Source of the DNA: Octopus sinensis
Lineage: Eukaryota
Reading direction: 5' to 3'
Length of the DNA stretch: 64,000 bases
NCBI RefSeq assembly: GCF_006345805.1
Contig: NC_043013.1
Location: 10,664,001-10,728,000 of the forward strand
A program made the position numbers and the translations under genes. Positions 40,714-52,954 of the stretch are shown here, in pieces (position 1 is the stretch's first letter; every line of letters begins with the position of its first letter). The notes below the pieces were generated by a model. The model did no database searches. It saw nothing but the letters and a program-made list of their open reading frames with translations, and was not told the origin of the DNA.

Positions 40714-41057
40714 GCATACATACATATATACATGCATATATACATGCATACACACATATGTAAGTAGATTACACGAATGAATGGCAGTGCAAAAAAGTGA
40801 GAGTGGTGCATGAAAGAGAGAGAGAGAGAGAGGGGGGGATATCAGGCAGAGCACGATTCATAGCCCAAAATGTAACACTTAAGATTTAAAACTTGAGGAT
40901 AAGTGAACATGAAGAGAGAGAGAGAGAGAGAGAGAGAGAGTGTGTGTAGGAGAACAATCAAGAGAAATTATAAGTAGGTGAGGGGAGGAGAAATTAATCC
41001 AATGTTACTTTTATAGATAATACGCAGATGATGTACAGATGTTTCCTAATCCTATAT

Positions 41058-41123
<66 letters not shown>

Positions 41124-41508
41124 TACACAAACGCACATCACACACGTACAGATACTTGCATACAAGCAATCATACTTACACATGCGCGTAAAATCTCCTT
41201 CAGGCACGAAGCAGACACACACGAATACACAAAAGCACACATATTGGGCACAAGATTGAAATCTCTAGCCTGAAGTCTATACAGACAGCGTAAGAAGTAT
41301 TTGCTGGTTTCCAATGGTGTTGCACAGATAGAATATGTTCAAATTATGCAATAGAAGCAGCCATCTATGTGTGTTTGTCTTTGTGAGTGCGTTTGTCTGT
41401 GTCTGTGTATATGTTGCACGCACGCAAACACACACACGCATATATATACATATAAGGGCGGTGGTTCAGCATGGCCGCAGTCAAATGACGAATACAAAGA
41501 ATATACAT

Positions 41509-41556
<48 letters not shown>

Positions 41557-41561
41557 TATAG

Positions 41562-41591
<30 letters not shown>

Positions 41592-41592
<1 letters not shown>

Positions 41593-41856
41593 TAAAGTAA
41601 TGTTTTGTTGCCAACTTAATGTAACAGTCCCATGAAAGGGAAGAATGCTACTGCTATTTAGTCCCAGGAAACATCGTTTCCAGTTGGCTCTCTGTGAGAT
41701 TTAGAAATACTTATCTCCCCTGATTGATAACATAAGGACACAGAACTCTTGTGTGACATAGCCAACTAGAAATGATGTCTCCTGAGCTAAATAGCAGTAT
41801 CATTCTTACCTTTCCTGGGACTACCACATTTAGTTGGCAACGAACCATCACTTTAT
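41592..41856. repeat. Long imperfect inverted repeat (~97-bp arms, ~70-bp spacer)
   Basis: 41592-41689 is the reverse complement of 41760-41856 with scattered mismatches. Confidence 0.9.
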
Positions 41857-44482
41857 CGTGATGTTAATATTCATCCATTGGAAATTTGAAAAACTGAGGA
41901 TAAGCATCACACTTTGAAACTTGAAGTTCCACAGATTTTTCCACAATATTCCGACACTTGTTTCTGTTGTACTAGTAGTATTTCAGTATTTTTAGATGTG
42001 ATGGTTCCGTGTATTTAACCGATATATGTAACAGAAATTCCTATCTAAATATTGACATGCTTTTACAGCTTTAAATAACCTTCGTTATTCAGATTCTTAT
42101 GGTTGAAGTATTCTTTCACGACAGTAGCAACAACAACAACAATGCGTATCTATGTAAATTACACATTAGTATTAAGAACAATTTAATATATATTAGCGAA
42201 ATTGTATTTTCTAATCAGATATATTACGTAGAAAACGTATGGTAGTAAATTAAGATAAAGTGTATGGAAAGTCTATAGAATGAAATATAAACGAGTGTAT
42301 AAATTAAAATGTGGATAAAATGAGAGTGGATTGAATTAAAGATAATATAAATTGCACACTGGAACTATTATTGAGTATGTAAACATGTAATCTCTTCAAT
42401 TAGACGAGATTGAAAAACAAGTAGTAATAAATTTATATAAAGTAAAATAAACTTAATGAAACTTCATAAATTGATAGTTGAAAAGAAAAATGTAAGCTGT
42501 AAATTGAATAATTAAATATTATTAATTAATGGGGAGACTTTAATTGAATCTAAAAATCAAGCAATTGAATGAATGTGTGAAATATTGGATCTCTACTAAA
42601 TTCTTTTTCTGCGTGTAGTATGAGTTAGTAACTGTCGTGTATTTTCTATTTAGTTGTTAAGTAACAATAACAAAACAGACGTTACTGTTTCTGGCATTAT
42701 TTGGTTGTTGTTAGTGAAAATGAACATGAAGTCGTTGGTTTTGTTTTTTTAGTCTGGTTAAAGGTGAATATTGTTACTCTCTTTACTTGTTTCAGTCATT
42801 TGACTGCGGCCATGATGGAGCACCGCCTTTAGTCGAGCAAATCGACCCCCAGGACTTATTCTTTGTAAGCCTAGTACTTATTCCATCGTTCTCTTTTGCC
42901 GAACCGCTAAGTTACAGGAAGTTATTACTCTTCGATTACTATCGCAAACAACAGTAGCTTTCTTCAATCGAATACACGTCGCTGACTGGTTGAAATTACC
43001 CAAATACGACAACTTTAACCCGAATTAACTTCTAAAATACCCAATTTTGTCAAAGATATTCAAAGTAAACCGTGTTCTATGTGAGACATTCCATAAGTAA
43101 ACGTAGCTTCAAACTGTTTAATTAAAATATCTGTGAGCCAAACGGAACAGATCAGCTCTTCCATTCTTTTACTGCTTCTTTCTCGCTCTCTGATTACACA
43201 CTCACACACACATACACACACACACATACACTCGCACGCAAATAGAGAGAGAGAGAGAGGGAGGGAGAGAGCGAGGGAGAACGAGAGAGAGATGAGGGAG
43301 AGAGCGAGGGAGAACGAGAGAGAGAGAGAGAGGCTCGCACGCATTCACACTAACATTTTACACAGCACTGTCAGTGATAGAGCGATAGACAGAAAAAGAA
43401 GACAGGCAGATAGACAGACAGGCACATCGACAAATATTAGATAGATAGATTGTTAAAGAGAGAGAGCAAGAGAGAAGGTAACTTATAACGTGTATTAGAA
43501 AATTAAGAGAGGAAAAAAGCGCGACCATTAGAAAATAAGAGAGTCGGTTTAAGAGCAAAGATCATTAATATGAAGGGTTATAGTGGTGATTAAGACGCCG
43601 GCCCCTTTGTTGTAAAACCGAAAAAGGTGAAGGAGGAGGATATTGTGTGGGAAGGGCGGAACAGGGGTATTAATGGTCACTGTTTCCTTCCGTACAAAAT
43701 TACTGACCTTCAAATATACCGAAAATCTCGTTAGCAAAAACTCCATTCTCTGTTTCTTTTTCCCTTCAATATTTCATATGTATCTACACTTCACTAACAC
43801 CCTTTCTGTCTGTCTTCCTCTCTTTCTTTCTAGCACTATTTGCTCTCCCTTTTCTTTCCTTTTTCATGTTTTCTTTATTTTTGATTGTCTCCCCTGTTCT
43901 TATTTTTCGTTTTTTCTTCTTTATTCTTACTCTTTATTTTCCTTCTATATCTCCTTCCCTGACCTAGTTTTTTTTCTCTCAGACATACTTCCCATCTTAT
44001 TCTTTCTTTCTCATAGTACCCCGTCCAGTTTTATCAATTTTATGACGTCTAATGACTTTACTCCATAATAAAAGTTGAAAATCAACAACAACAACTAAAA
44101 TAGCGGCCATAGTAACGACCAAAAGGGCAAAAGCAGCATCAGCAATATAAAAAATAACATTGACAAAAACAAGAAAAGTTACACATACATACACAAATGC
44201 ACATAAACACACACATATATATACATACATAGAATCACCGACCTAGTTATAAAGAAATTATTTTAAAAATCTGCCGGTCAAAGTGAAAAGCTTCACATAT
44301 ATACGTACATACACAGATAAAAAACATGCATACTTACATATACATACATACATACATACATACATACATACATACATACATACATACATACATACATACA
44401 TACATACATACATACATACATACATGAGAAAGTTAATTCAAAGACTAAAGATCTAATCCATCACTTGAACTGTATGATAAAC

Positions 44483-44668
44483 GGTAATAAAGTCACAGTA
44501 ATAACGCCATACTTTTGGCTAGGAAAAATTGTCACAGGAAAAAAGTCACAATGAATTCATGGGATCCGGACAAAGCCTCCTAGGACAAAACCCCTCGGAA
44601 AAAAACCCCCAGACAAAACCCTGTAACCTCTTTCCTGTGACTTTATTACCGTGACTTTTTTCTTAGGA
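44483..44668 (-). mobile_element. Composite MITE, relative of 37160-37400
   Basis: Shares TTTTGGCTAGGAAAAA, GGAAAAAAGTCACAAT and GGACAAAACCCC blocks in reverse orientation. Confidence 0.6.
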
Positions 44669-44679
44669 CAGTAATGTTC

Positions 44680-46270
44680 ATGAGGACCCCAGAACATAAC
44701 TGCAAGAATACCCTATGACACTACACTGTATCAGGACCCTAGGTGATTAAACTGCATCAGGACCCTAAAGTGCACTAGGACCCGAGGACACTAAACTGCA
44801 TAAGGACGCTAGGATACTAAATGAAATGCATTTGTAATACCAGTGCTGATCTCAAAATTTGGGCTACTTGATTTGTCTGTAAAAGAAATCCACACCACAG
44901 TTATCGAAACCTGCAAAATCCTGATAACAACTGGGAACTTCCACAGAACCAGTAATGTTGACAAGCTCTTTCAAAGAAGAAATGAAGATAAAGGCCTGAG
45001 ATCAGTGCAGACGGTCCTCATGCTGATTATTGTCCTTGGTTCCTGACGCAGTCTAGTGTCCAGGGGGTTCTCATGCAGTTTAATGCCCTGCGGTCCTGAT
45101 GCAGCTTTGTTTCTAGGGGTCGTGATGCAGTTTAGTGTCCTGGGGTCCTTATACAGTTCAGTGTCCTGGACTCCCGATGCAGTTTAATGTCCTAAGGTTT
45201 TGAGGCAGTTTAGAGTCCTGGGGTTGTCATGCAGTTTAGTGTCCTAGGGACCTGATGCAGTTTCCAGTTTGTGGTCCTCTATGCAGTTTAGTGTCCTCGG
45301 GTCCTGATGTACTTTAATGTCCTAGTGTCCTGATGTAGTTTAGTGTCCTAGGGTTCTGATGCGTTTTAGTCTCCTAGGGTTCTGATACTATTCAGTGTTC
45401 TACGGTCCTGCTGCACTTTAGGGTCCTGATTTAATTTAATGTTTTCGTGTCCCGATGCATTTTAGTGTCTTAGATCCTGATGCTCTTTAGCGTCTTATGG
45501 TCCTGATGCAGTTTGGTGTCCTGGGGTTCTGATCCAGTAAACTGCATGGGAACTCTAGGACAATAAACCGCATAGTTTAGTGTCCTAGAACCCTAGGACA
45601 CTAAACTACATCAATCACCCATGACACTAAACTGCATCAAGACCCTAGTACACTAATGTGCATCAGGACCCTAGAAGACTATGCTGCATGAGGAACCTGG
45701 GACACTAAACAGCATCAAGACCCTACGACACTAAACTGCGTCAAGACCTTAGCTCTCTTATTTGCATCAGGCGCCTAGGACACTAAACTGCACCAAGACC
45801 ATAGTTAAATGAAGTGCATCAGGATCCTAGGACACTAAAGTGCTTCAGGTCTCTAGGATACTAAACTGCATTAGTTTCCTAGGATACTAAACTGTACCAA
45901 GCCTCTAGGACACTAGACTGCATTAGTACCCTAGGACACTAAAGTGCATCAGGACGTAGGACGCTAAGTTTCATCAGGACTTACGACAGTAAACTGCATC
46001 AGGCCTTTAGGACTCTGACTTGCATCAGGACCCTAGGACTCTAAACTTCATCAGGACCTTAGGGCACTAAACTGCATGAGGACCCTAAGACAGTAAAGTG
46101 CATTAGGACCCTAGAACAGTAAGGTGCATGAGGACCCTAGGACAGATAACTGCCTGAGTACCCTAGGATAATAAACTGTATCAGGACCTTAGGTAATTAA
46201 ACTACATCAGGACCCTCGGAGACAAATGTGCATCAGGACACTAAACTGCATTAGAACCCTAGGACACTAA
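44680..46270. repeat. 26-bp degenerate minisatellite (GGACACTAAACTGCATCAGGACCCTA)n in alternating orientations
   Basis: Forward ~44680-44825, reverse ~45030-45535, short switches 45537-45590, forward ~45590-46270. Confidence 0.92.
44825..45010 (+). mobile_element. R4/Dong RT thumb-region fragment
   Basis: NAFVIPVLISKFGLLDLSVKEI...TCKILITTGNFHRTSNVDKLFQRRNEDKGLRSVQ matches the recalled pattern N.FA.PVL.Y.FG...W...EI..ID.KTRKIL...G.FHP.SDVDRLY..R..GGRGL. Confidence 0.75.
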
Positions 46271-46491
46271 ATAAAAAAAAGTTTTTGCCTTATATTATTA
46301 TATTCACATATATATTAGTACAGTCACATGTATGCCTTAAAATCTTATAAGTGATTAGGGTTTCAATGGGTATCAATCCGGCCCTTGTTCTGAGAACCCA
46401 ATAAGTTTATCTGTACGAACTTGTTATGAGTGGATAAAGGGTTGCACAGCACTGAACCCACTTTTCACTATAATCGGATATAATACTAGTG

Positions 46492-46828
46492 CGAAGGTTC
46501 TCACCCATTTCCATGTATGGTCTCCCATAGTCATACGGTGTTTAAAAACTATTTAATTTTATTCTTTTTTCAAAATTCCTGTTTTGTTTTTTTACACAGG
46601 ACTATGTAAAATGTTAGGGAAATAAATATAGGTGTGTCTTGCAATACATATCAATACATTCATCTAAATCATAATTTTTTCAGGGGCCCTTAAAATATTA
46701 TTGTGGATCCGCAATTTACTCTTTTCTTGCATGGACGATCCCCCAACCCACTATCACTAAAAACAAACAAACAAAAAAACCTCATATGGCTCCTTAGGCC
46801 CCACATAGACTCCGATTGAGAACTATTG
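46492..46828. mobile_element. hAT-Charlie-type MITE
   Basis: Degenerate TIRs (CGAAGGTTCTCACC / GATTGAGAACTATTG; consensus CAGTGGTTCTCAAC) with 8-bp flanks TACTAGTG/CACTAGTG. Related ends lie at ~47730-47813 and ~52087. Confidence 0.7.
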
Positions 46829-47351
46829 CACTAGTGGCACAATATAGGTTGAAACGACCAAAAAGTGACTGCACTTCAGTGTTTTTTTTTTTCATGTGAG
46901 TTTGCCTTCTCTTAGAAGAAAGTACTAACAAGAACTAGGGGTTCTTCACACCTTACATTTCTCATGATAGTTAATCTATAATAGGAACCTTAACAAATAT
47001 TATTGTGTTGGGTCAGAGTAGACCTGGGAACAATAATGGGTAAAAAGTGATTCCACACTTTTCAAACCCCCTGAATCCCAGTACCAGGGTCCCAATGTCG
47101 ATGCAGTTAATGTCAGAACCAGGACACGCAAAAATATACATATACTTCCACAAAGACACGATAACAAAAATGATCACACATGTATTCATAAGGTAAAGTA
47201 GTGAACAGACGACCTGCTAAAAATAACAGCAAAATTTTACTTCACATCACAACTTATTGGGTTGTTTTCTTCCTTCTAATATAATAAGACACTAATGCAG
47301 TTTAGTATCCTAGAGACCTGAGGCACTTTAGCGTCCTAAGATCCTGATGCA

Positions 47352-47730
47352 CTTCATGACAACGCTCGGCCGCACGTCGCACAATTGACCCTGCAGAAGT
47401 TGAACGAATCGGGCTACGAAACTCTGCCTCATCTGCCATACTCACGACACCTGTCGCCTACAGACTACCATTTTTTCAAGCATCTCGACAACTTCCTGCG
47501 TGAGAAATCCTTCAAAAACTAAGACGATCCAAATACGCCTTCAACGACTTCATCACCACCAGAACGCAGGATTTTTGCGCTACTGGCGTAAATAAACTTG
47601 TTTTCGCATTGGCAAAAGTGTCTTTATTCTGATAGTGCTTATTTCGATTGATAAAGTTTTGTCTGAGCCGAGATATGTGCATCTAAATTTAAAGGTTAAA
47701 AACAGCAAGAGCTTTCTTGACAACCTAGTA
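47352..47730 (+). mobile_element. Mariner transposase 3' fragment with right TIR
   Basis: LHDNARPHVAQLTLQKLNESGYETLPHLPYSRHLSPTDYHFFKHLDNFLREKSFKN* carries the DD34D motifs HDNARPH and a YSPDL.P.D-like segment. It ends AAAAACAGCAAGAGCTTTCTTGACAACCTAG-TA, like Hsmar1-type TIRs. Confidence 0.9.
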
Positions 47731-48452
47731 GTATTGAGAATCCAGTATTTACTATTTTGTTGCGTGGATCCCCAAAACCTTGGACCTTCAGAAGCCACTG
47801 TTGAGAACCACTGCACTAGATGATAAATGTTTGAAAATTAAATGGACTGGTTGAATCTGGAACGCCCTTCAGCGTAAGTCTGCTCGATCATAGCTGAACT
47901 GTAGTTAAATAAGAGCGACAGCCACAGTGACAACTAACACACCGACCGACCGACCAGCCGACCGACCGACCGACCAACAAACCAGCCATCAGTTAGCAAG
48001 CCAGCCGGCCCATCGGCTAACCAGCCAGCCCCTTCTTTAAGCAACCAAGCCATGTGATAAGTAGTATAGAAGCAGTGGACCATAGGGTCATAAAAGTAAC
48101 AGGTCAGTGGAGAATGTCCGGAGGCCGATAGAACATCAAAAGATATAGGTTAGGTTAAAAAAATATATAAACAAACAAATCGTACACATCATAGGCACAC
48201 AACTGACAGAGGGAAAGATATTCATCTCCATATATACATTTAAAGGGAGATTGAGAGAGAGAGAGAGAGAGAGAGAAAGAGGGGAAAGAGAGAAGGTGTG
48301 AGAGAGAGTGTGTGATAATGAGATAGATAGAAAAGGGTGTACAGTTGGTAATATATATATATTATCTCTATTTTCTGCTGTTGAATCTTACCCTCTTCGT
48401 CCGTATCTATCTTTGAATACGTCTATGCCTAGTCTCTCTCTCACTGTATGTG

Positions 48453-48492
<40 letters not shown>

Positions 48493-48863
48493 CGAGTGTG
48501 TGTGTGTGTGTGTGTGTGTCTACGCGAATAGATTATCAGGAAGATGCTGCGAAGTCCTAAAAATTCCGTTTAAAAGATCCTCCAATTTTAGTTTTGAGCG
48601 ACGCCAACATCAAAAGATGAAAGACATTGCCGACTTTTAGTGAAGTCAAGTAATTTATTAATAATGATGCATACACAAACGCGTGCACACGCACCAGCTC
48701 ACACATACATACAGAATATGAATACAGGTACGTAGATATATACATATACTGTATATGTATCTTTAATGTGTGCCTATGTAAGTACACCTCCTCTAATGAC
48801 TTTTCTAATGGTGATCTAAGGCACACATATATTGCATTTGGCTCCAATATACATACATACATG

Positions 48864-48945
<82 letters not shown>

Positions 48946-49821
48946 TAGAATAAGTAATGGGTTTACAAAGAATAAGTCTCGGGGTGGAGTTGCTCGATTA
49001 AAGGCGGTGCTCCAGCATGGCCGCAGTCAAATGACTGAAACAAGTAAAAGAGAAAAGAGAGATATACATGTATGTATGTATGTATGTATGTATGTATGTA
49101 GTATGTATGTATGCATTGTGAGTAGATTTGGTAGACGGAAACTGAAAGAAGCCTGTCGTATATATATACGTATACATATATGCGTTTGTGTTTAATCAAC
49201 AACGTATATTCAGTTGGAGAAGGTTATTCGATTAAATCGACTCCGGCATTTGAGTGGAAGTTTATTTTGTCGATATCCCCCTCCACCCCGCAAAAGGAAG
49301 ACAACGTTGACCTCGGCAGGATTTGACATTAGATCATGAAGAGCCGGCATCAATATTGCAAAGCATTTTTGTTTCCCAGAGCTCTAGCAATTTTACCGGT
49401 TCTGATTTCTTGTTCTTTTTTCTCGTCTTCTAATTTTAGTTCTACATTTGGATTTCAATTTGAAATTACTTTTGGTACAATGCACAATTCAAACTGTGGA
49501 CTATTATTCGTAGATTATAATTGCAAAATGATCGATATTTGGGATGTTAAATATAGCAAATTCTTTTTTTTTACATACGTATAAATACATACACGTGCGC
49601 GCACAAACACATACACACACATATACGCGTGTAAAATGTTTGTATATATGTGTGTACATATGTGTGTATCTACGTGTGTGTATATATATATATATATGTA
49701 TATATGTATGCATACATATGCACACACATATTTATATAAGTATAATATATACACATATTTATGCGGTGCTCCAGAATGACCACAGTCAAATGTGAAACAA
49801 AAGAGTAAAGAGTATAATATA

Positions 49822-49865
<44 letters not shown>

Positions 49866-50118
49866 TATATACATATATTATACACACATACATACATATA
49901 TATATATTATATATCATGTATATATGTGTGTGCGTGTGTGTGTGTGTAAGATGTTTGTATATATGTGTGTATATATGTGGTATTTACGTGTGTGTATATA
50001 TATATATATATATATAATATGTATATATATACATGCATATATATATAACATACATACATATAAATATATACGCACATATATGTAAAAATTATCTATATAT
50101 ATATATATGTAATATATG

Positions 50119-50167
<49 letters not shown>

Positions 50168-50603
50168 CATATATATATATATATATATATTATACGTGCG
50201 TGTACCTTGTATTAGTGTTTCAGTGTGTTGTTGCTATTGCTGCCAAAATGTTTTCCTCCTCTCATCAGATATGATGATACCAGTTACTGATATACTTGTT
50301 ACGTTTAAACTTTCGGGAAGCATCCTATGTCAACACAGTTCATTTCAAATGACTAAAAGAAGACTCAATTAAGTTCAACGGTCGATGATCACTAGACTGA
50401 AGATTAACGGGATCACAGATCGAATCTTACGTTGGCCCTTCAAGCAGAAGAATCATCAATGATTGAAGATTGAACGTTTGTGTGTGTGTGTGTGTGTGTC
50501 TGTGTGTGTGTGTGTGTCTGTGTGTGTGTGTGTGAGTGTGTGTGCACCCACATATGCAAGTGCTTATATTTGTGTACGTAAATTTGCCTGTGTGTATGTA
50601 TGT

Positions 50604-50880
50604 GAAGGCGCGTAGCTTAGTGGTTAGGGCATTCGGCTCACGATCGTTATGTCGTGAGTTCAATTCCCGGCGACGCGTTGAGTTCTTTTGAGCAAGACAC
50701 TTTAATTCACGTTGCTCCAGTCCACTCAGCTCGCAAAAATGAGTAGTACCTGTAATTCAAAGGGTCTAGCCTTGTCACACTCTGTGCCACGCTGAATTTA
50801 CCCCGAGAACTACGTTAAGGGTACACGTGTCTGTGGAGTGCTCAGCCACTTGCACGTTAATTTCACGAGCAGACTGTTCT
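50604..50880 (+). mobile_element. SINE with family-C head/CORE and a different 3' tail
   Basis: GGCGCGTAGCTTAGTGGTTAGGG, B-box GAGTTCAATTCC and TTGAGCAAGACAC...CCAGTCCACTCAGC, followed by an unrelated tail. Confidence 0.75.
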
Positions 50881-52679
50881 ATGTATGGGAGGTACACTTT
50901 GAGCGAATGGTTAAGAAATTTATATCGCTATCAGAAGATCCCAGTTTCGTTGCGTGGGGTCTCGGATAAAGGCAATTTTCCACAGTGTAGCATTGCCCCC
51001 GTACATTGTGAATTCAACTGCTTAGAGAGAAACTTTATAGAAGTCCGTTAGCCAGTACAAGAGCTCGATGAGAAGAACGGGTAGTTCATACGTTAAAAAC
51101 GCAAAAGTGTCAAACAGCTGACAATGATAGCTTCGTGAAATTTCGTTCTCGAACCAAGCCATGAATACTTGACGAAATACGCGTTAGCAAACATAAAATA
51201 TATGCTTTCTTGTGTTATATTTTCGAATTATCTCATTCACGTTACTGAATTCTTTAAAATTCGTGACGAAAATGAGATAGTTTTCTGCAAAGATAAATCT
51301 ACATTTCTGCATTCTCTTGAGAATAGGCTTGGCAGAATCTGTGAACTACAATGTTATGAAATTTTTCATTTTCTTTCAAATTCTTCCTAGGAAAATTTTG
51401 GCGGCTAAGAATGTAGAAATGTGGAATGAAATTCGGTGGTAGACTTTTTAATACAGTGATCAAGACTGAAATTATGGTAAGTATTATTACTTATGAATTT
51501 AAGGTGGTGAGGTGGCAGAATCTTTAACATGCCGGGAAAAAATGCTTAGCAGCATTTCGTCCGTCCTTACATTCTGAGTTCAAATTTCGTTGAAAACGAC
51601 TTTGCTTTTTATCCTTTCTGGTCGATGAAATAAATACCAACTGACCACTGGGATCGATGTAATCGACTTAGCCCTACAACAAATTTCAGGCCCTGTGCCT
51701 GTAGTATAAAGGATTATTGCATACGAATTTTCCTCCAGAGCTAGCTCTGGATTTAACATGTGCAAGGTTTGTATATTAAACTATGTGTTGGTCAAAAATT
51801 AGGATCGATATAATTCGGCTCTTCTTGTCCCCCAAATTACTATAATAGTGTCGGAATAAGCAATCATTGATATTCGCATAGTGGTCATACGAACATTGAC
51901 AAGTGCCATTTAGCGTCTCAAATAATTCATTCTAGTTTTTATGTTTTATTTTATATCCTAACTTTCACTGTAATATATCCACTCCTTGAAAAATCACTTA
52001 TGATAATAAAACAGTTTTATACTCTGGATTAAATTTAAATCATTGCAATGAATTATTTTACGTTTTACAATCATTTATACTTTAGGGAAGTGGTTCTCAA
52101 CCATTTTTTTTTATCTATGTGCCCTTTGATTACTGTTTCATTGAGGTGGACCCCCATAACCATTCCATGTTTAAAAAGGTATCTTATGGATACTTCTTTC
52201 AAAATTCTTATTTTCTTTCTCACGAATTCATTCGCGTGAGTTGAGCAATTTAAAATGCTACAGAAAGAAACCTAGCTGTTTCTTGCACCATACATTTAGA
52301 TCAAAATGTTTCATGGATCCTATAAATACACTTTGTGGATCCCCAATTTACTATTTTGCTCGCAAGGACACCCAAAAGTATTTATATGCAAACCTAAGGG
52401 TATTATTGTCCCTGGCTTGGAACTACTTCTCAAGAGTATATTCCAATGTTTGCATTTTTCTCACATTTATTTCCACGTCATATGTTATATTTACACTGAT
52501 CTGATTTAATACTTCCTCTATTTCATGAATTTACAATAGGCTTCCAGTAAGGACTTATAGTTTACAGATACGCATTATTGACATGGTACGTTGCTATAGG
52601 AAGTGGCATTGTTTTTTTTTTCATTTTGTGATTGATCTGAAAGCTTTATGTTTTTGCATGCATGCAGAACACTTAGGAA

Positions 52680-52718
52680 ATACTACACTTTGATCTTAGC
52701 CAAAAGGCCGAGAGCGAT
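52680..52718 (-). pseudogene. U2: U2 snRNA 5' fragment (about nt 1-39)
   Basis: The reverse complement reads ATCGCT-CTCGGCCTTTTGGCTAAGATCAAAGTGTAGTAT, matching the U2 5' end through the branch-point recognition sequence GUAGUA (1-nt deletion). The rest of U2 is absent. Confidence 0.9.
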
Positions 52719-52873
52719 GAATACTACGAACAAATACTACATATGTATAGAGTTTATACACATTCAAAGACATGGATTTATTTAAAGAAAAACAAAACAA
52801 ATATACCTACCTACCTACCTCCTACCTACCTACCTACTACATACATGCATACATACATACATACATATATGTA

Positions 52874-52954
<81 letters not shown>

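Noticed and set aside
44680-46270. CRISPR-like array
   Set aside because: Contiguous degenerate units without unique spacers, no cas genes, eukaryotic context.
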